Part shown: positions 16,889-25,528 of the stretch, one piece after another | How positions within the stretch are numbered: the first letter of the stretch is position 1 | How the letters are laid out: every line of letters starts with the position of its first letter | Virus genome (UHGV): UHGV-0203597 | Strand: one strand, 5' to 3' | DNA from: a virus | Length of the DNA: 41,485 bases | The notes under the pieces: model-generated | The model's database searches: none | What the model saw: only the letters and a program-made list of their open reading frames with translations | Told to the model about the DNA's origin: nothing | Program-made: the position numbers and the translations under genes

Positions 16889-17670
16889 ACAACGTTTTTA
16901 CCGCGATACAAAACCGTGACGGAGAAGCCCTTTCTCGCATGTCAGGTTATGAGCATCAGTACGTCAACAATGACAATGTGGTGAACATGTCAGCAGAGAG
17001 GCTTGTTGATGCCCTTTTTAAACAGCTGAAACAACTGTTTCCGGCGGCAGTGGTAACCAACCTGAAGACGCCAGAGCAGGAAGTTGCTGCAAAACAGCAG
17101 TGGATTGCTGCGTTTGCCGAAGGGGGGATCCGAACCCGTGAACAGGTTTCTGCTGGTATGCGCCACGCCCGCGCCAGTGAATCTCCGTTCTGGCCGTCGC
17201 CAGGGCAATTTATCAAGTGGTGTAAAGACAGCAAGATGGTTCTTGGCGTCACCATTGACGATGTGATGGCGGAGTTTCACCGGTACAGCAAGGAAAAAAG
17301 TTTATATCCTGGTGGTCCCGAAAGATTCCCGTGGCGGCATCCGGTTATGTACTGGGTCGTATGTGATACCCGCCGTGCAATGTATCAGCGCCAGCTTAGC
17401 GAGATTGAGGTTGAGAAACACGCGCGCAGGCTGCTTGATGATTGGGCGAAAAAGGTGGCTTCCGGACAGCAGATACCCGATCCGGTGATCAGCATACAGG
17501 CAAAGCCAGAACCCATGAGTACGCCTCCGGACACAGGGAGAGACGTTTACCATCCACCAGGGCGAAGTTTCGGGTGTATGCCTAACGCCGCTACCCTGGG
17601 GGGAATAACACCGGCGCAGTGGCTGATGGAGGAATACAGGCGGGGAAAGGCGGCAGGATTTATCAAGTAA
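16885..17670 (+). CDS. Lambda P-like replication protein (helicase loader)
   Basis: GTG start overlapping initiator stop; extended similarity to recalled lambda P (SPFWPSPGQF vs RPFLPSPGQF; LYPGGPERFPW vs LYPDAESYPW). Confidence 0.8.
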   Translation: MNNVFTAIQNRDGEALSRMSGYEHQYVNNDNVVNMSAERLVDALFKQLKQLFPAAVVTNLKTPEQEVAAKQQWIAAFAEGGIRTREQVSAGMRHARASESPFWPSPGQFIKWCKDSKMVLGVTIDDVMAEFHRYSKEKSLYPGGPERFPWRHPVMYWVVCDTRRAMYQRQLSEIEVEKHARRLLDDWAKKVASGQQIPDPVISIQAKPEPMSTPPDTGRDVYHPPGRSFGCMPNAATLGGITPAQWLMEEYRRGKAAGFIK

Positions 17671-17707
17671 TACCAGCGCGATAGCGCATTTTTTTACGCC
17701 TCGACAA

Positions 17708-17722
17708 TTACCTGTTAGGTAA
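17708..17722. promoter_or_regulatory. TTACC-N5-GGTAA operator-like palindrome
   Basis: ttacctgttaggtaa. Confidence 0.45.
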
Positions 17723-17769
17723 TAAAATATTCTAAAATCTATTGATTTCGTGTCTTATGTGGTTTTTAA

Positions 17770-17784
17770 TTACCTCAGGGGTAA
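17770..17784. promoter_or_regulatory. TTACC-N5-GGTAA operator-like palindrome overlapping the RBS of 17788
   Basis: ttacctcaggggtaa ends 3 nt before the ATG. Confidence 0.45.
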
Positions 17785-17787
17785 ATC

Positions 17788-18141
17788 ATGAGAAAACAGA
17801 TACAGGCTCTTGGTCGACTCAAAACAGGCCAGATGAACAAAACAGAATCTGCGTATTGCCAGCACCTTGAGCTTCGTAAACGTGCAGGGGAAATCGCCTG
17901 GTATCGATTCGAGGGTATCAAGCTACGGTTAGCTGACAACTGCTTCCTGACTGTAGATTTTGCCGTGATGTTGGCTGACGGGCAGTTGGTGATGGTGGAC
18001 GTTAAGGGAAGTAAGTCAGTCTTTACTGACGATGCGAGAGTCAAGATGAAGGTTGCGGCAGACAGCTATCCGTTTGTCTTTCAGGTTGCTTATCCAAAAC
18101 CTAAAAAGCTCGGTGGTGGATGGGAGGTTGAGGAACTATGA
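17788..18141 (+). CDS. Putative PD-(D/E)XK nuclease (DUF1064-like), possible junction resolvase
   Basis: 117 aa; TVDFAV...VMVDVKG fits D...(D/E)xK; family recalled from memory. Confidence 0.4.
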   Translation: MRKQIQALGRLKTGQMNKTESAYCQHLELRKRAGEIAWYRFEGIKLRLADNCFLTVDFAVMLADGQLVMVDVKGSKSVFTDDARVKMKVAADSYPFVFQVAYPKPKKLGGGWEVEEL

Positions 18142-18746
18142 GCGAGAAGCCCAATGCTGCGGGATTGATTGTATCCGGTGATAAAAACCCGAATTGGAAG
18201 GGTGGGAAAATCGAAAAGGTTTGCTCCGTATGTGGCAGGCAATATCAGGTTAAGCGAGCCAACTCATCTTCAAGGTTCTGCTCACTTCAGTGTGTAGGAA
18301 TTTCACAGCGAGGCAAGACGGTAAATCGGGAACTAAAGCGAGTATTAAAAATATGCTGCGTATGCGGATCTTCGTTCTCCGTTTTCTTGAGTCATGAGAA
18401 GCGTCATAAATGCTGCTCGAAACAGTGTTCCAACATAATGCGTTCTTCTCTGATGAAGGGGGAAGGAAATCCAAACTGGTCTGGTGGATTATCGAGATTG
18501 CCGTATCCGTGGGATTTCCGAGAAACGAGCAAGAGGGTTATTGAGCGAGATGGTTTTACTTGTCAGAACCCAGGTTGTGATGGAACAGACAAAAGGCTAA
18601 CAACTCATCACATCAATTACGACAAGCAAGATTGTCGTCAGGAGAACCTTATTTGCCTTTGTTCGAGCTGTAACTCGAAGGCTAATTTCGGTCGGCATAA
18701 GTGGCAAAAGTTTTATGAATCACTGATGAAAAATAGATCGGCATGA
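18138..18746 (+). CDS. HNH homing endonuclease
   Basis: 202 aa; repeated NPNWKGG/NPNWSGG motifs; HNH core HHINYDKQDCRQENLICLCSSCN; AT-rich relative to neighbours. Confidence 0.8.
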   Translation: MSEKPNAAGLIVSGDKNPNWKGGKIEKVCSVCGRQYQVKRANSSSRFCSLQCVGISQRGKTVNRELKRVLKICCVCGSSFSVFLSHEKRHKCCSKQCSNIMRSSLMKGEGNPNWSGGLSRLPYPWDFRETSKRVIERDGFTCQNPGCDGTDKRLTTHHINYDKQDCRQENLICLCSSCNSKANFGRHKWQKFYESLMKNRSA

Positions 18747-18807
18747 ATCGACGATCTTTTTAGTTATCAATGTAATCAATAAGTTATGTGGATAAGCGAG
18801 GGTAAAG

Positions 18808-19245
18808 ATGGAAAGTAATATCAAAGGGTTAGTTTCCGCCGGGCATGAGATGGCTTCGGAACTGAAAGCAGAATGTGGTGCCGTTGATATGCGCAGTGTG
18901 GCAAAGCTGATCAGCGATTTGGCAACGCAGCTGGAAGTGCAACTGGTGCGTGCTAATGCGCTGGCTGCGGAGAATGCGCTGGCTCGTAAAGCAGTTCAGG
19001 CATTTTGCGATGTTGTTGGCGACAGCACCGAGGTTATCTGCGAGGAGATTGGGCGAGATGGCGTTCTGGTTATTTTGGAGGCAATGAAGGCAACAGGAAA
19101 TATGCCAGCCACCGATGCTTTCCTGTCTGAAGTGCGGGCGCAGGGGGTAGAGATGATGCGCGAACATCCATCAATCAAACTTTGTTCTTTGACGCACATA
19201 TGTGATGAGTTAGCCGCCCAGCTTCGCAAAGGAGGCAACCAGTGA
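18808..19245 (+). CDS. Hypothetical protein
   Basis: 145 aa; complete ORF with RBS; possible Ea22-like (low confidence). Confidence 0.4.
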   Translation: MESNIKGLVSAGHEMASELKAECGAVDMRSVAKLISDLATQLEVQLVRANALAAENALARKAVQAFCDVVGDSTEVICEEIGRDGVLVILEAMKATGNMPATDAFLSEVRAQGVEMMREHPSIKLCSLTHICDELAAQLRKGGNQ

Positions 19246-19466
19246 GCGGAAAAAGAATGACTAACAGAGAGCTTGTCGATGCCGCGATTAAGCTTGCTGG
19301 TGATTTTTATTCAATGATGGGGTACACGCATCGCCCAGGCTTCAAATATTGGGAGTCTCCTCACCCGCAAGAGCAACTGGTATTTCAAATGGCCTGCCGT
19401 GCTTTTGAGGTTATTCGCGGTTCTGATGTGATGGACGCCGTTGCCGACTTGGAGGATGAAGAGTGA
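19242..19466 (+). CDS. Hypothetical protein
   Basis: 74 aa; translationally coupled to neighbours. Confidence 0.4.
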   Translation: MSGKRMTNRELVDAAIKLAGDFYSMMGYTHRPGFKYWESPHPQEQLVFQMACRAFEVIRGSDVMDAVADLEDEE

Positions 19467-19822
19467 GCGAGATTAATTATCAGGAAGGGCATGAAAAGGC
19501 AGGGCAGGCAAAACCAGTGGCATGGCGATATCGCTACGTGAAAAAAGGCGTTACAGACTTTCAGGGGAAGCAGTGGGTTGGTGACTGGAAATATGTACCG
19601 ACAAAAGAGGATTGCAACGACAGACCGAACTATGAAATTCAGGCGTTATTCACTGCCCCGCCTGTGCCACTGACACCAGAAGGATTGATTAAAGCAGTGC
19701 GTTTCTATGAACAGGTAAAGCGTGAGAATCCGCCAGTCGAAACCGGAGCATGGAAAGACGCTGTTGACTGGGTGCTCAAAGAGGCTTGCCAGTCTGTAAA
19801 CATTGGCATCAAAGGAGAGTGA
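19463..19822 (+). CDS. Hypothetical protein
   Basis: 119 aa; coupled. Confidence 0.4.
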   Translation: MSEINYQEGHEKAGQAKPVAWRYRYVKKGVTDFQGKQWVGDWKYVPTKEDCNDRPNYEIQALFTAPPVPLTPEGLIKAVRFYEQVKRENPPVETGAWKDAVDWVLKEACQSVNIGIKGE

Positions 19823-19825
19823 GAA

Positions 19826-20316
19826 TGCAAATTTCACCGGTTACTCTTCGTGTTGCGAAGGCGTTTATATCCAGACATCACCGACACAATAACCCCCCGG
19901 TGGGGCATAAATTCAGCATTGGTCTGAGAAATGATGCCGGAGAATTGATAGGTGTGGCGACAGCCGGTCGACCTGTTGCACGACATTTGGATGATGGATT
20001 AACGCTTGAAGTAAATCGCACATGTACCACAGGAGAACGCAACGCTAACAGCGCGCTTTATGGTGCTGTCTGGCGGGCAGCAAAAGCTATGGGTTATCAA
20101 CGTTGTATTACGTACACCCGGGCAGATGAATCAGGAGCATCTCTTCGCGCAGCTGGTTTTGTTCGTGTGAAAGAGCTTCCTCCAAGAAAAAGCTGGGCGG
20201 AATCAAGCGTCGCCCTGCGGAGTAAACGCGATCCAGTCGGAAACGGTGGTGTTCCTCGTGTGCTCTGGGAAATCAGGATAATGAGTACCACTGGTATTCG
20301 CATCAAAGGAGAGTGA
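19826..20316 (+). CDS. Hypothetical protein, possibly acetyltransferase-like fold
   Basis: 163 aa from MQISPV; AAAGGAG RBS; pattern LIGVATAGRP...TYTRADESGASLRAAGF reminiscent of an acyl-CoA N-acyltransferase core (uncertain). Confidence 0.4.
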
Positions 20317-20317
20317 T

Positions 20318-20581
20318 ATGGCAACTTTGACAAAAAAAGAACGGGCATGGTTGAACGAATTACAGGACGTTCTTGATCGCTGCCCATCACCGAAAAAAAT
20401 TGGTTTTTACACCATTGGCGATAAAAGCATTTACCTGTATGACCTGCGCCGCATGGATGAAATCATGGAGGCTCTTGATAATCGTTCGTCGATGGATTGG
20501 TGTGTTGCTGTCCATGATATGAATGCCGGATTTGATGAAAGGATTTTGTTCCCCTCATCAGTTGAAAGCACTGCGGGTTAA
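20318..20581 (+). CDS. Hypothetical protein
   Basis: 87 aa. Confidence 0.4.
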   Translation: MATLTKKERAWLNELQDVLDRCPSPKKIGFYTIGDKSIYLYDLRRMDEIMEALDNRSSMDWCVAVHDMNAGFDERILFPSSVESTAG

Positions 20582-20591
20582 GGAGTAACAC

Positions 20592-21374
20592 ATGACCACT
20601 ATTACCAAAGAACGTATTGAATTGTTCATTAAAAATCCGCTTGAAAACGGGCTTACCCGTGGTGAACAAATGGAACTGGCACGGATTGCGCTGGCATCAC
20701 TGGAAGCAGAACCAGTTGCTTATATTTTCAAACATCCGGCCGGGAAATTATTCTGGGCTTTAACGGATGAAAGCAATAAAGAGCAACCGGACGTTATTCC
20801 TGTTTATGCTGACTCACCTGCGCCGGTTGTGCCGGATGAAATAGACGTAAACGATGTACCAAGGGCGGTGACATATTTCAAGACACACAGAGATTGTTAC
20901 GCAGATGGCTGGAACGCCTGCCGCGCCGCCATGCTTCAGTCCGGAAACTTTCGGGAAAATAAGAATTCGTCAACCAATAATTTTCGGGAAATCGCGGAAA
21001 CGTCAACCAACTATCCGGTAATTCCGGATGGTTTATCCACGGTATGCGCTGAGGCTTATCAGGTTGTAGGAGTTATGGCAGATGCGCTTGGTGTATTCGG
21101 TGATGCAGCAGTACAGAAAGTTCTGGATAACCTGTCACAGCAAAAACTTGTTCACAGAGATGTGCTGCCGTTCTCGCTTCCGGTAACTCCGGATGGTTGG
21201 ATAAGCTGTAGTGATCGAATGCCGAACGACGCGCAGTGGTGCGTAGTGAACACAGAATACGGGTATTACGTGCAATGCTGGTCTGAAGGTCAAGGGTGGC
21301 TTGGTGATGATATCAGCATCCCTAAATGCGATGTAATCAATTGGATGCCTCTACCAGAACCGCCGCAGGGGTGA
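20592..21374 (+). CDS. DUF551-like C-terminal domain protein
   Basis: 260 aa; C-terminal WISCSDRMP...WCVVNTEYGYYVQCW...WMPLPEPP; internal direct repeat 20949-21010. Confidence 0.5.
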   Translation: MTTITKERIELFIKNPLENGLTRGEQMELARIALASLEAEPVAYIFKHPAGKLFWALTDESNKEQPDVIPVYADSPAPVVPDEIDVNDVPRAVTYFKTHRDCYADGWNACRAAMLQSGNFRENKNSSTNNFREIAETSTNYPVIPDGLSTVCAEAYQVVGVMADALGVFGDAAVQKVLDNLSQQKLVHRDVLPFSLPVTPDGWISCSDRMPNDAQWCVVNTEYGYYVQCWSEGQGWLGDDISIPKCDVINWMPLPEPPQG

Positions 21375-21440
21375 AATGATGCTTGGCCTGAAGTATTTTA
21401 TGTAATTGGTATTGCTATATTTTTATCTGGGGATAAACGA

Positions 21441-21683
21441 ATGTTCTCTCTGATTCAACGTGGTCAGATATACACCGATAGCGCTGGCTATCCAGTAAAA
21501 ATCATTCGTAGTACTGATCACTCAGTATTCTTCAAGAGGATGGATGGCTATCCTGGAAGAGTGTGCATCAGAAAATTCAATAATTTATTCGAACACATTG
21601 ATCACAGAGAATATCACCAGATCCTGGCTGAAACAGAACAGGAGAACCATCTGAAAAAATTACGTGCTATGCAAAGGAGATAA
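21441..21683 (+). CDS. Hypothetical protein
   Basis: 80 aa. Confidence 0.4.
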   Translation: MFSLIQRGQIYTDSAGYPVKIIRSTDHSVFFKRMDGYPGRVCIRKFNNLFEHIDHREYHQILAETEQENHLKKLRAMQRR

Positions 21684-21718
21684 ACCGGTAAATGTGTTCG
21701 CGATAAAGGTAAATATTG

Positions 21719-22057
21719 ATGGCTAAATCAGCAGCAGAGCGCAAAGCCGCTCAGAGAGCCAGACAAGCTGCATCTGGTGTGCGTAAGCTGGAAATTGTGC
21801 TTGATGCTCAGGAAATTGAAATGCTGGAGCGTAACTGTGCCACGCGTCGCCCCGGGCGTGCGCCTTACGAATTTGGTGAGTATATAGCGTTACTGATCCG
21901 CCAGGATGATGCACGCGTGCGCGGGCGTATAAAATCGATCAGCAGAAAACGTTGCGGTAAGTGCGGCGAGAGAGTTCCAGTTAATTCATGCCCGTGTAAT
22001 GGTGACTCGCAATGCTGGGTGACCAAAGGCTGGCATGAAACGAAATTAATAGTGTGA
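21719..22057 (+). CDS. Putative regulator with basic N-terminus and C-terminal Cys cluster (candidate late-gene regulator)
   Basis: 112 aa; CGKCGERVPVNSCPCNGDSQC; close upstream of the late operon; stop lies in GTGACATGTCAC. Confidence 0.4.
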   Translation: MAKSAAERKAAQRARQAASGVRKLEIVLDAQEIEMLERNCATRRPGRAPYEFGEYIALLIRQDDARVRGRIKSISRKRCGKCGERVPVNSCPCNGDSQCWVTKGWHETKLIV

Positions 22058-22065
22058 CATGTCAC
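22054..22065. repeat. 12-bp palindrome GTGACATGTCAC, copy 2 of 3
   Basis: Overlaps stop of 21719-22057 and the start region of the next ORF. Confidence 0.5.
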
Positions 22066-22074
22066 GAAGGTGTT

Positions 22075-22287
22075 ATGCCAAAAATACGCTACGACCTTGA
22101 AGATATGAGAGATAACTCAGCAAATTTTCCGAAAGAGGTTAAATTTCTCATGAATAAGTATGGTTGCGCCAGGAGGGATATAGTTATCGACAGTCAGCAC
22201 CCTTGCGGCGAGGATGTAATTTTCATTCGCGGTAAATGGGAATGGTATCTTGACGAGAGTTTTTACGATGAATTTGATGGACTTTGA
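22075..22287 (+). CDS. Hypothetical protein
   Basis: 70 aa from MPKIRYDL (alternative GTG 22054); GAAGGTG RBS. Confidence 0.35.
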   Translation: MPKIRYDLEDMRDNSANFPKEVKFLMNKYGCARRDIVIDSQHPCGEDVIFIRGKWEWYLDESFYDEFDGL

Positions 22288-22292
22288 ATACT

Positions 22293-22319
22293 GCCGCCAA
22301 CTATGGCGGCTTTATTTTG
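22293..22319 (+). terminator. Terminator preceding the terminase operon
   Basis: gccgcc-aactat-ggcggc followed by tttattttg. Confidence 0.6.
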
Positions 22320-22329
22320 CATGGTACTA

Positions 22330-22344
22330 TTACCACAACGGTAA
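22330..22344. promoter_or_regulatory. TTACC-N5-GGTAA operator-like palindrome upstream of terminase
   Basis: ttaccacaacggtaa 18 nt before terS ATG; second imperfect copy at 22348-22362. Confidence 0.45.
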
Positions 22345-22361
22345 CTATTACCACGGTGGTT

Positions 22362-22994
22362 ATGATGCCTGCTGAACCTAAAACCTATAAACGTAAATCA
22401 ACGCAATTTAAGCCACTAACAGCAATGCAGGAGGCTTATTGCCAGTCATACATCAAAACGCCTGAAAACCAGACTCAGGCAGCGATTAACGCAGGATTCT
22501 CCCCAAATACAGCGGCAGTTAAAGCAAGTGTCATGATGCGCGATGAACGCATTCAAAAACGGATTGCCGAGTTGATGGAGGAGCGCAACAAACGAATGCG
22601 CGTCAGTGCTGATTACGTTCTCATGCGCCTGGTGGAGATCGACCAGATGGACGTGCTGGATATACTGAACGATGACGGCGGGATGAAGCCGATCGCTGAA
22701 TGGCCGAAGGTCTGGCGTACCTCTCTCAGTGCTATGGATATCGCTACCATCAAGACAACCCAGGCTTCCCTGCAAAAAGAGAATGGCGAGGCGGATCTCT
22801 CTGTTGAGGATGTCGAGCATATCCTGAAGAAGGTGAAATGGCCTGACAAGGTGAAGAACCTTGAGCTGATTGGTAAGCATGTTGATGTCAACGCATTCAA
22901 AGAACGTCTGGATGTTAATGTGAATGTGACAATTGCTGATCGCATAGCAGCAGCCAGGAAGCGACTCAAAGAACGTCAGGATGGTAATCAGTGA
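22362..22994 (+). CDS. Terminase small subunit
   Basis: 210 aa from MMPAEP; position before large terminase with 4-nt overlap; N-terminal DNA-binding-like region. Confidence 0.6.
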   Translation: MMPAEPKTYKRKSTQFKPLTAMQEAYCQSYIKTPENQTQAAINAGFSPNTAAVKASVMMRDERIQKRIAELMEERNKRMRVSADYVLMRLVEIDQMDVLDILNDDGGMKPIAEWPKVWRTSLSAMDIATIKTTQASLQKENGEADLSVEDVEHILKKVKWPDKVKNLELIGKHVDVNAFKERLDVNVNVTIADRIAAARKRLKERQDGNQ

Positions 22995-24466
22995 CAGATA
23001 CAGCGTTATCTCCTGAAGAGCAGTTAATCGAGGATATTGCAGGGTTCACTCACGATCCGCTTGGCTATGCCCTCTATGCGTTCCCGTGGGGGGAAGATGG
23101 GACTGAACTGGCACATGCCACCGGTCCACGTCAGTGGCAGGCTGATGCGTTCCGAGAGATACGTGATCACCTGCAGAATCCAGAGACGCGCTATCAGCCG
23201 CTTATGCTGGCACGCGCTTCGGGTCACGGTATTGGTAAATCCGCATTCATCTCAATGCTGATCAACTGGGGCATGTCCACTTGCGAGGATTGTAAGGTTG
23301 TGGTGACCGCCAACACCGACAACCAGCTACGAACGAAGACCTGGCCGGAAATTATCAAGTGGTCGAACCTTGCTATCACGAAAGACTGGTTTACCTGTAC
23401 CGCTACCGCGATGTACAGCAATGATCCTGGACACGACAAGCGGTGGCGAGCTGACGCAATACCCTGGTCTGAGCACAACACTGAGGCATTCGCCGGACTA
23501 CACAACGAGCGCAAACGCATCATCGTGGTATTCGATGAAGCGTCGAACATTGCGGATCTGGTGTGGGAAGTTGCCGAGGGTGCGCTAACGGACGAAGACA
23601 CTGAGATTATCTGGGTGGCGTTCGGAAACCCGACGCGTAATACCGGACGTTTCCGCGAATGTTTCCGCAAATATAAACACCGCTGGAAAACTGCGCAGAT
23701 TGACAGCCGGACGGTGGAAGGCACCAACAAACAGCAGTTGCAGAAATGGGTTGATGACTACGGGGAAGACAGCGACTTCGTTAAAATCCGTGTGCGCGGC
23801 ATATTCCCGGATGCATCTGAATTGCAGTTTATCCCTACCGGACTTACTGACGAGGCAATGAAACGGGTGGTCACCGCTGCGCAGGTTGCACATGCTCCGG
23901 TGATAATCGGCGTTGACCCGGCATACTCAGGCGTTGATGACGCTGTGATATACCTGCGGCAGGGGCTGCACAGTAAGGTGCTGTGGACTGGCAACAAGAC
24001 CACTGACGATCTGATTATGGCGAAGCGTATCGCTGACTTTGAAGACCAGTACCAGGCTGACGCAGTGTTCATCGACTTCGGTTACGGAACTGGTCTGAAG
24101 TCAATCGGTGACGGCTGGGGTCGTACATGGCAACTTGTTCCGTTCGGTGGCGCGTCTACTGACCCGCAGATGCTCAACAAGCGTGGGGAGATGTTCAACT
24201 CATGTAAGACATGGCTGAGGCTGGGCGGCATGCTGGATGACCAGGAAACTGCAGACGACCTGTCGGCGGCAGAGTACAAAGTTCGAGTGGACGGTAAAAT
24301 CGTTATCGAACCGAAGGAAGATATCAAAGAGCGACTTGGGCGTTCGCCGGGTAAAGGCGATGCGCTGCTGCTGACGTTTGCTTTCCCGGTGTCGAAGCGC
24401 CTGCGACTTCCCTGGCAGCAGAACCAGCAAGGCAAGGCCATCACAGATTATGACCCGTATGCTTAA
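22991..24466 (+). CDS. Terminase large subunit
   Basis: 491 aa; Walker A-like ASGHGIGKS; nuclease-domain acidic motifs (VIIGVDPA, AVFIDFGYG). Confidence 0.85.
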   Translation: MTDTALSPEEQLIEDIAGFTHDPLGYALYAFPWGEDGTELAHATGPRQWQADAFREIRDHLQNPETRYQPLMLARASGHGIGKSAFISMLINWGMSTCEDCKVVVTANTDNQLRTKTWPEIIKWSNLAITKDWFTCTATAMYSNDPGHDKRWRADAIPWSEHNTEAFAGLHNERKRIIVVFDEASNIADLVWEVAEGALTDEDTEIIWVAFGNPTRNTGRFRECFRKYKHRWKTAQIDSRTVEGTNKQQLQKWVDDYGEDSDFVKIRVRGIFPDASELQFIPTGLTDEAMKRVVTAAQVAHAPVIIGVDPAYSGVDDAVIYLRQGLHSKVLWTGNKTTDDLIMAKRIADFEDQYQADAVFIDFGYGTGLKSIGDGWGRTWQLVPFGGASTDPQMLNKRGEMFNSCKTWLRLGGMLDDQETADDLSAAEYKVRVDGKIVIEPKEDIKERLGRSPGKGDALLLTFAFPVSKRLRLPWQQNQQGKAITDYDPYA

Positions 24467-24523
24467 TCCGCTGGTGGGGATAATGTCGTTGATATCCTCT
24501 GATGAGGATAAAACAAAGCCAGC

Positions 24524-24931
24524 TCATCGGCTGGCTGTTTGTGACATGTCACTGTGTTGTTGCTCGCTTAACTTCTGCTTCAGCAAGTAACCTTCAAGCA
24601 TCCAGATTTTGTTTACAGCATTCTGCCGGGCAATCTTCCGACCAATTTCTGCATCAAAATTTTCCGGACTTGCACAGGCACTCTCTCCGGTGACAGTGAA
24701 GCCATTCTTCAGCACCAGTACGCAGAAAGTGAGAAGGTGCAGAGCATCAGGGGTGGCTTCGACATAAGGCTCCGGATTATAAATAAGGTCATCTTCTTTA
24801 GCCTGGTGATCACCCTGCGCAGCAGTGAAAAAATGCTCACTGCAAATGAGGCCTTCAATTTTCTCAGGTGTTACACGCGGTGCCGTTTTGCCTTTCTCAA
24901 CGATTTCTTTTTCGATTTGCTGGTCGTTCAT
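24524..24931 (-). CDS. Hypothetical protein, antisense to the late operon, downstream of tRNA
   Basis: 135 aa; AAGGTGAG RBS; same strand as tRNA; family not recognised. Confidence 0.5.
   Translation of the reverse strand: MNDQQIEKEIVEKGKTAPRVTPEKIEGLICSEHFFTAAQGDHQAKEDDLIYNPEPYVEATPDALHLLTFCVLVLKNGFTVTGESACASPENFDAEIGRKIARQNAVNKIWMLEGYLLKQKLSEQQHSDMSQTASR
24541..24552. repeat. 12-bp palindrome GTGACATGTCAC, copy 3 of 3
   Basis: Inside the last codons of the minus-strand gene; adjacent to hairpin gccagc-tcatcg-gctggc. Confidence 0.5.
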
Positions 24932-24942
24932 AATCTCACCTT

Positions 24943-24966
24943 AAAAAAATGCCCGGCGAACCGGGC
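24943..24966 (-). terminator. Minus-strand terminator hairpin between tRNA and the 135-aa gene
   Basis: gcccgg-cgaa-ccgggc with T-tract on the minus strand, only about 12 nt upstream of the 135-aa gene ATG. Confidence 0.45.
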
Positions 24967-25052
24967 GAACTGGAAGCAATGAGTTATGCCTTCCGTGGCT
25001 GTACTGGTTTACAGCATGAAGTCATCGCAATGGCGTCCTGCTGTAAAAAGGG

Positions 25053-25095
25053 CGGTGATAGTCCTTCAAGGGAAACCATCACCGCCAAGCCCCTG
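25053..25095 (-). terminator. Long imperfect hairpin terminator directly 3' of the tRNA
   Basis: ggcggtgat...atcaccgcc stem followed on the minus strand by CTTTTT. Confidence 0.45.
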
Positions 25096-25129
25096 GAACT
25101 TCTGGCATCACGGTCCTTAGGCGTGATTC

Positions 25130-25206
25130 TGGCGTGGCATGCAGGATTCGAACCTGCGACCAACCGCTTAGAAGGCGGTTGCTCTGTCCAACTGAGCTAA
25201 TGCCAC
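25130..25206 (-). tRNA. tRNA-Arg (anticodon UCU), phage-encoded variant
   Basis: 77 nt GTGGCATTAGCTCAGTTGGACAGAGCAACCGCCTTCTAAGCGGTTGGTCGCAGGTTCGAATCCTGCATGCCACGCCA; full cloverleaf with 7-bp acceptor stem, GTTCGAATC T-loop, encoded CCA; D and T arms match recalled E. coli argU, acceptor and anticodon stems differ. Confidence 0.85.
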
Positions 25207-25528
25207 AACGCTGAGAGCACTTAGCCTGTTAAGGCGCCACACTTTGTCGCGGCTCCATAAATGCTCTCATCGTTGTACCCTCGTCTCTTCCGAGGCGTCA
25301 CACCGAATCGCCGGGATGGTGAATCCCCGTGCGCGGAATAAAACCGCTCGACTTGCACATTCCGGCTACCTGGTTCGTTTGCCCGAGCAAGGGAGGGTGC
25401 CCCTTAAACGTATCCAGACCGCTATCGGCGCATGTGCCATACGCCGTACTGCTCAAAATAAAAGCTCACTCCACCTGTTCAATTTAACGACAATCCAGTC
25501 AGGTTAGTAACCGGAATGAACTCTTTGG

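Noticed and set aside
25130-25206. tRNA-Arg as a possible integration site or host flank
   Set aside because: It lies between terminase and portal, far from int, and differs from the host-type argU sequence in both stems; interpreted as a phage-encoded tRNA.
25244-25507. 87-aa plus-strand ORF in the gap between the tRNA and the portal unit
   Set aside because: TTG-initiated, Arg-rich, no RBS, composition typical of a non-coding frame; region better explained as promoter and leader DNA.
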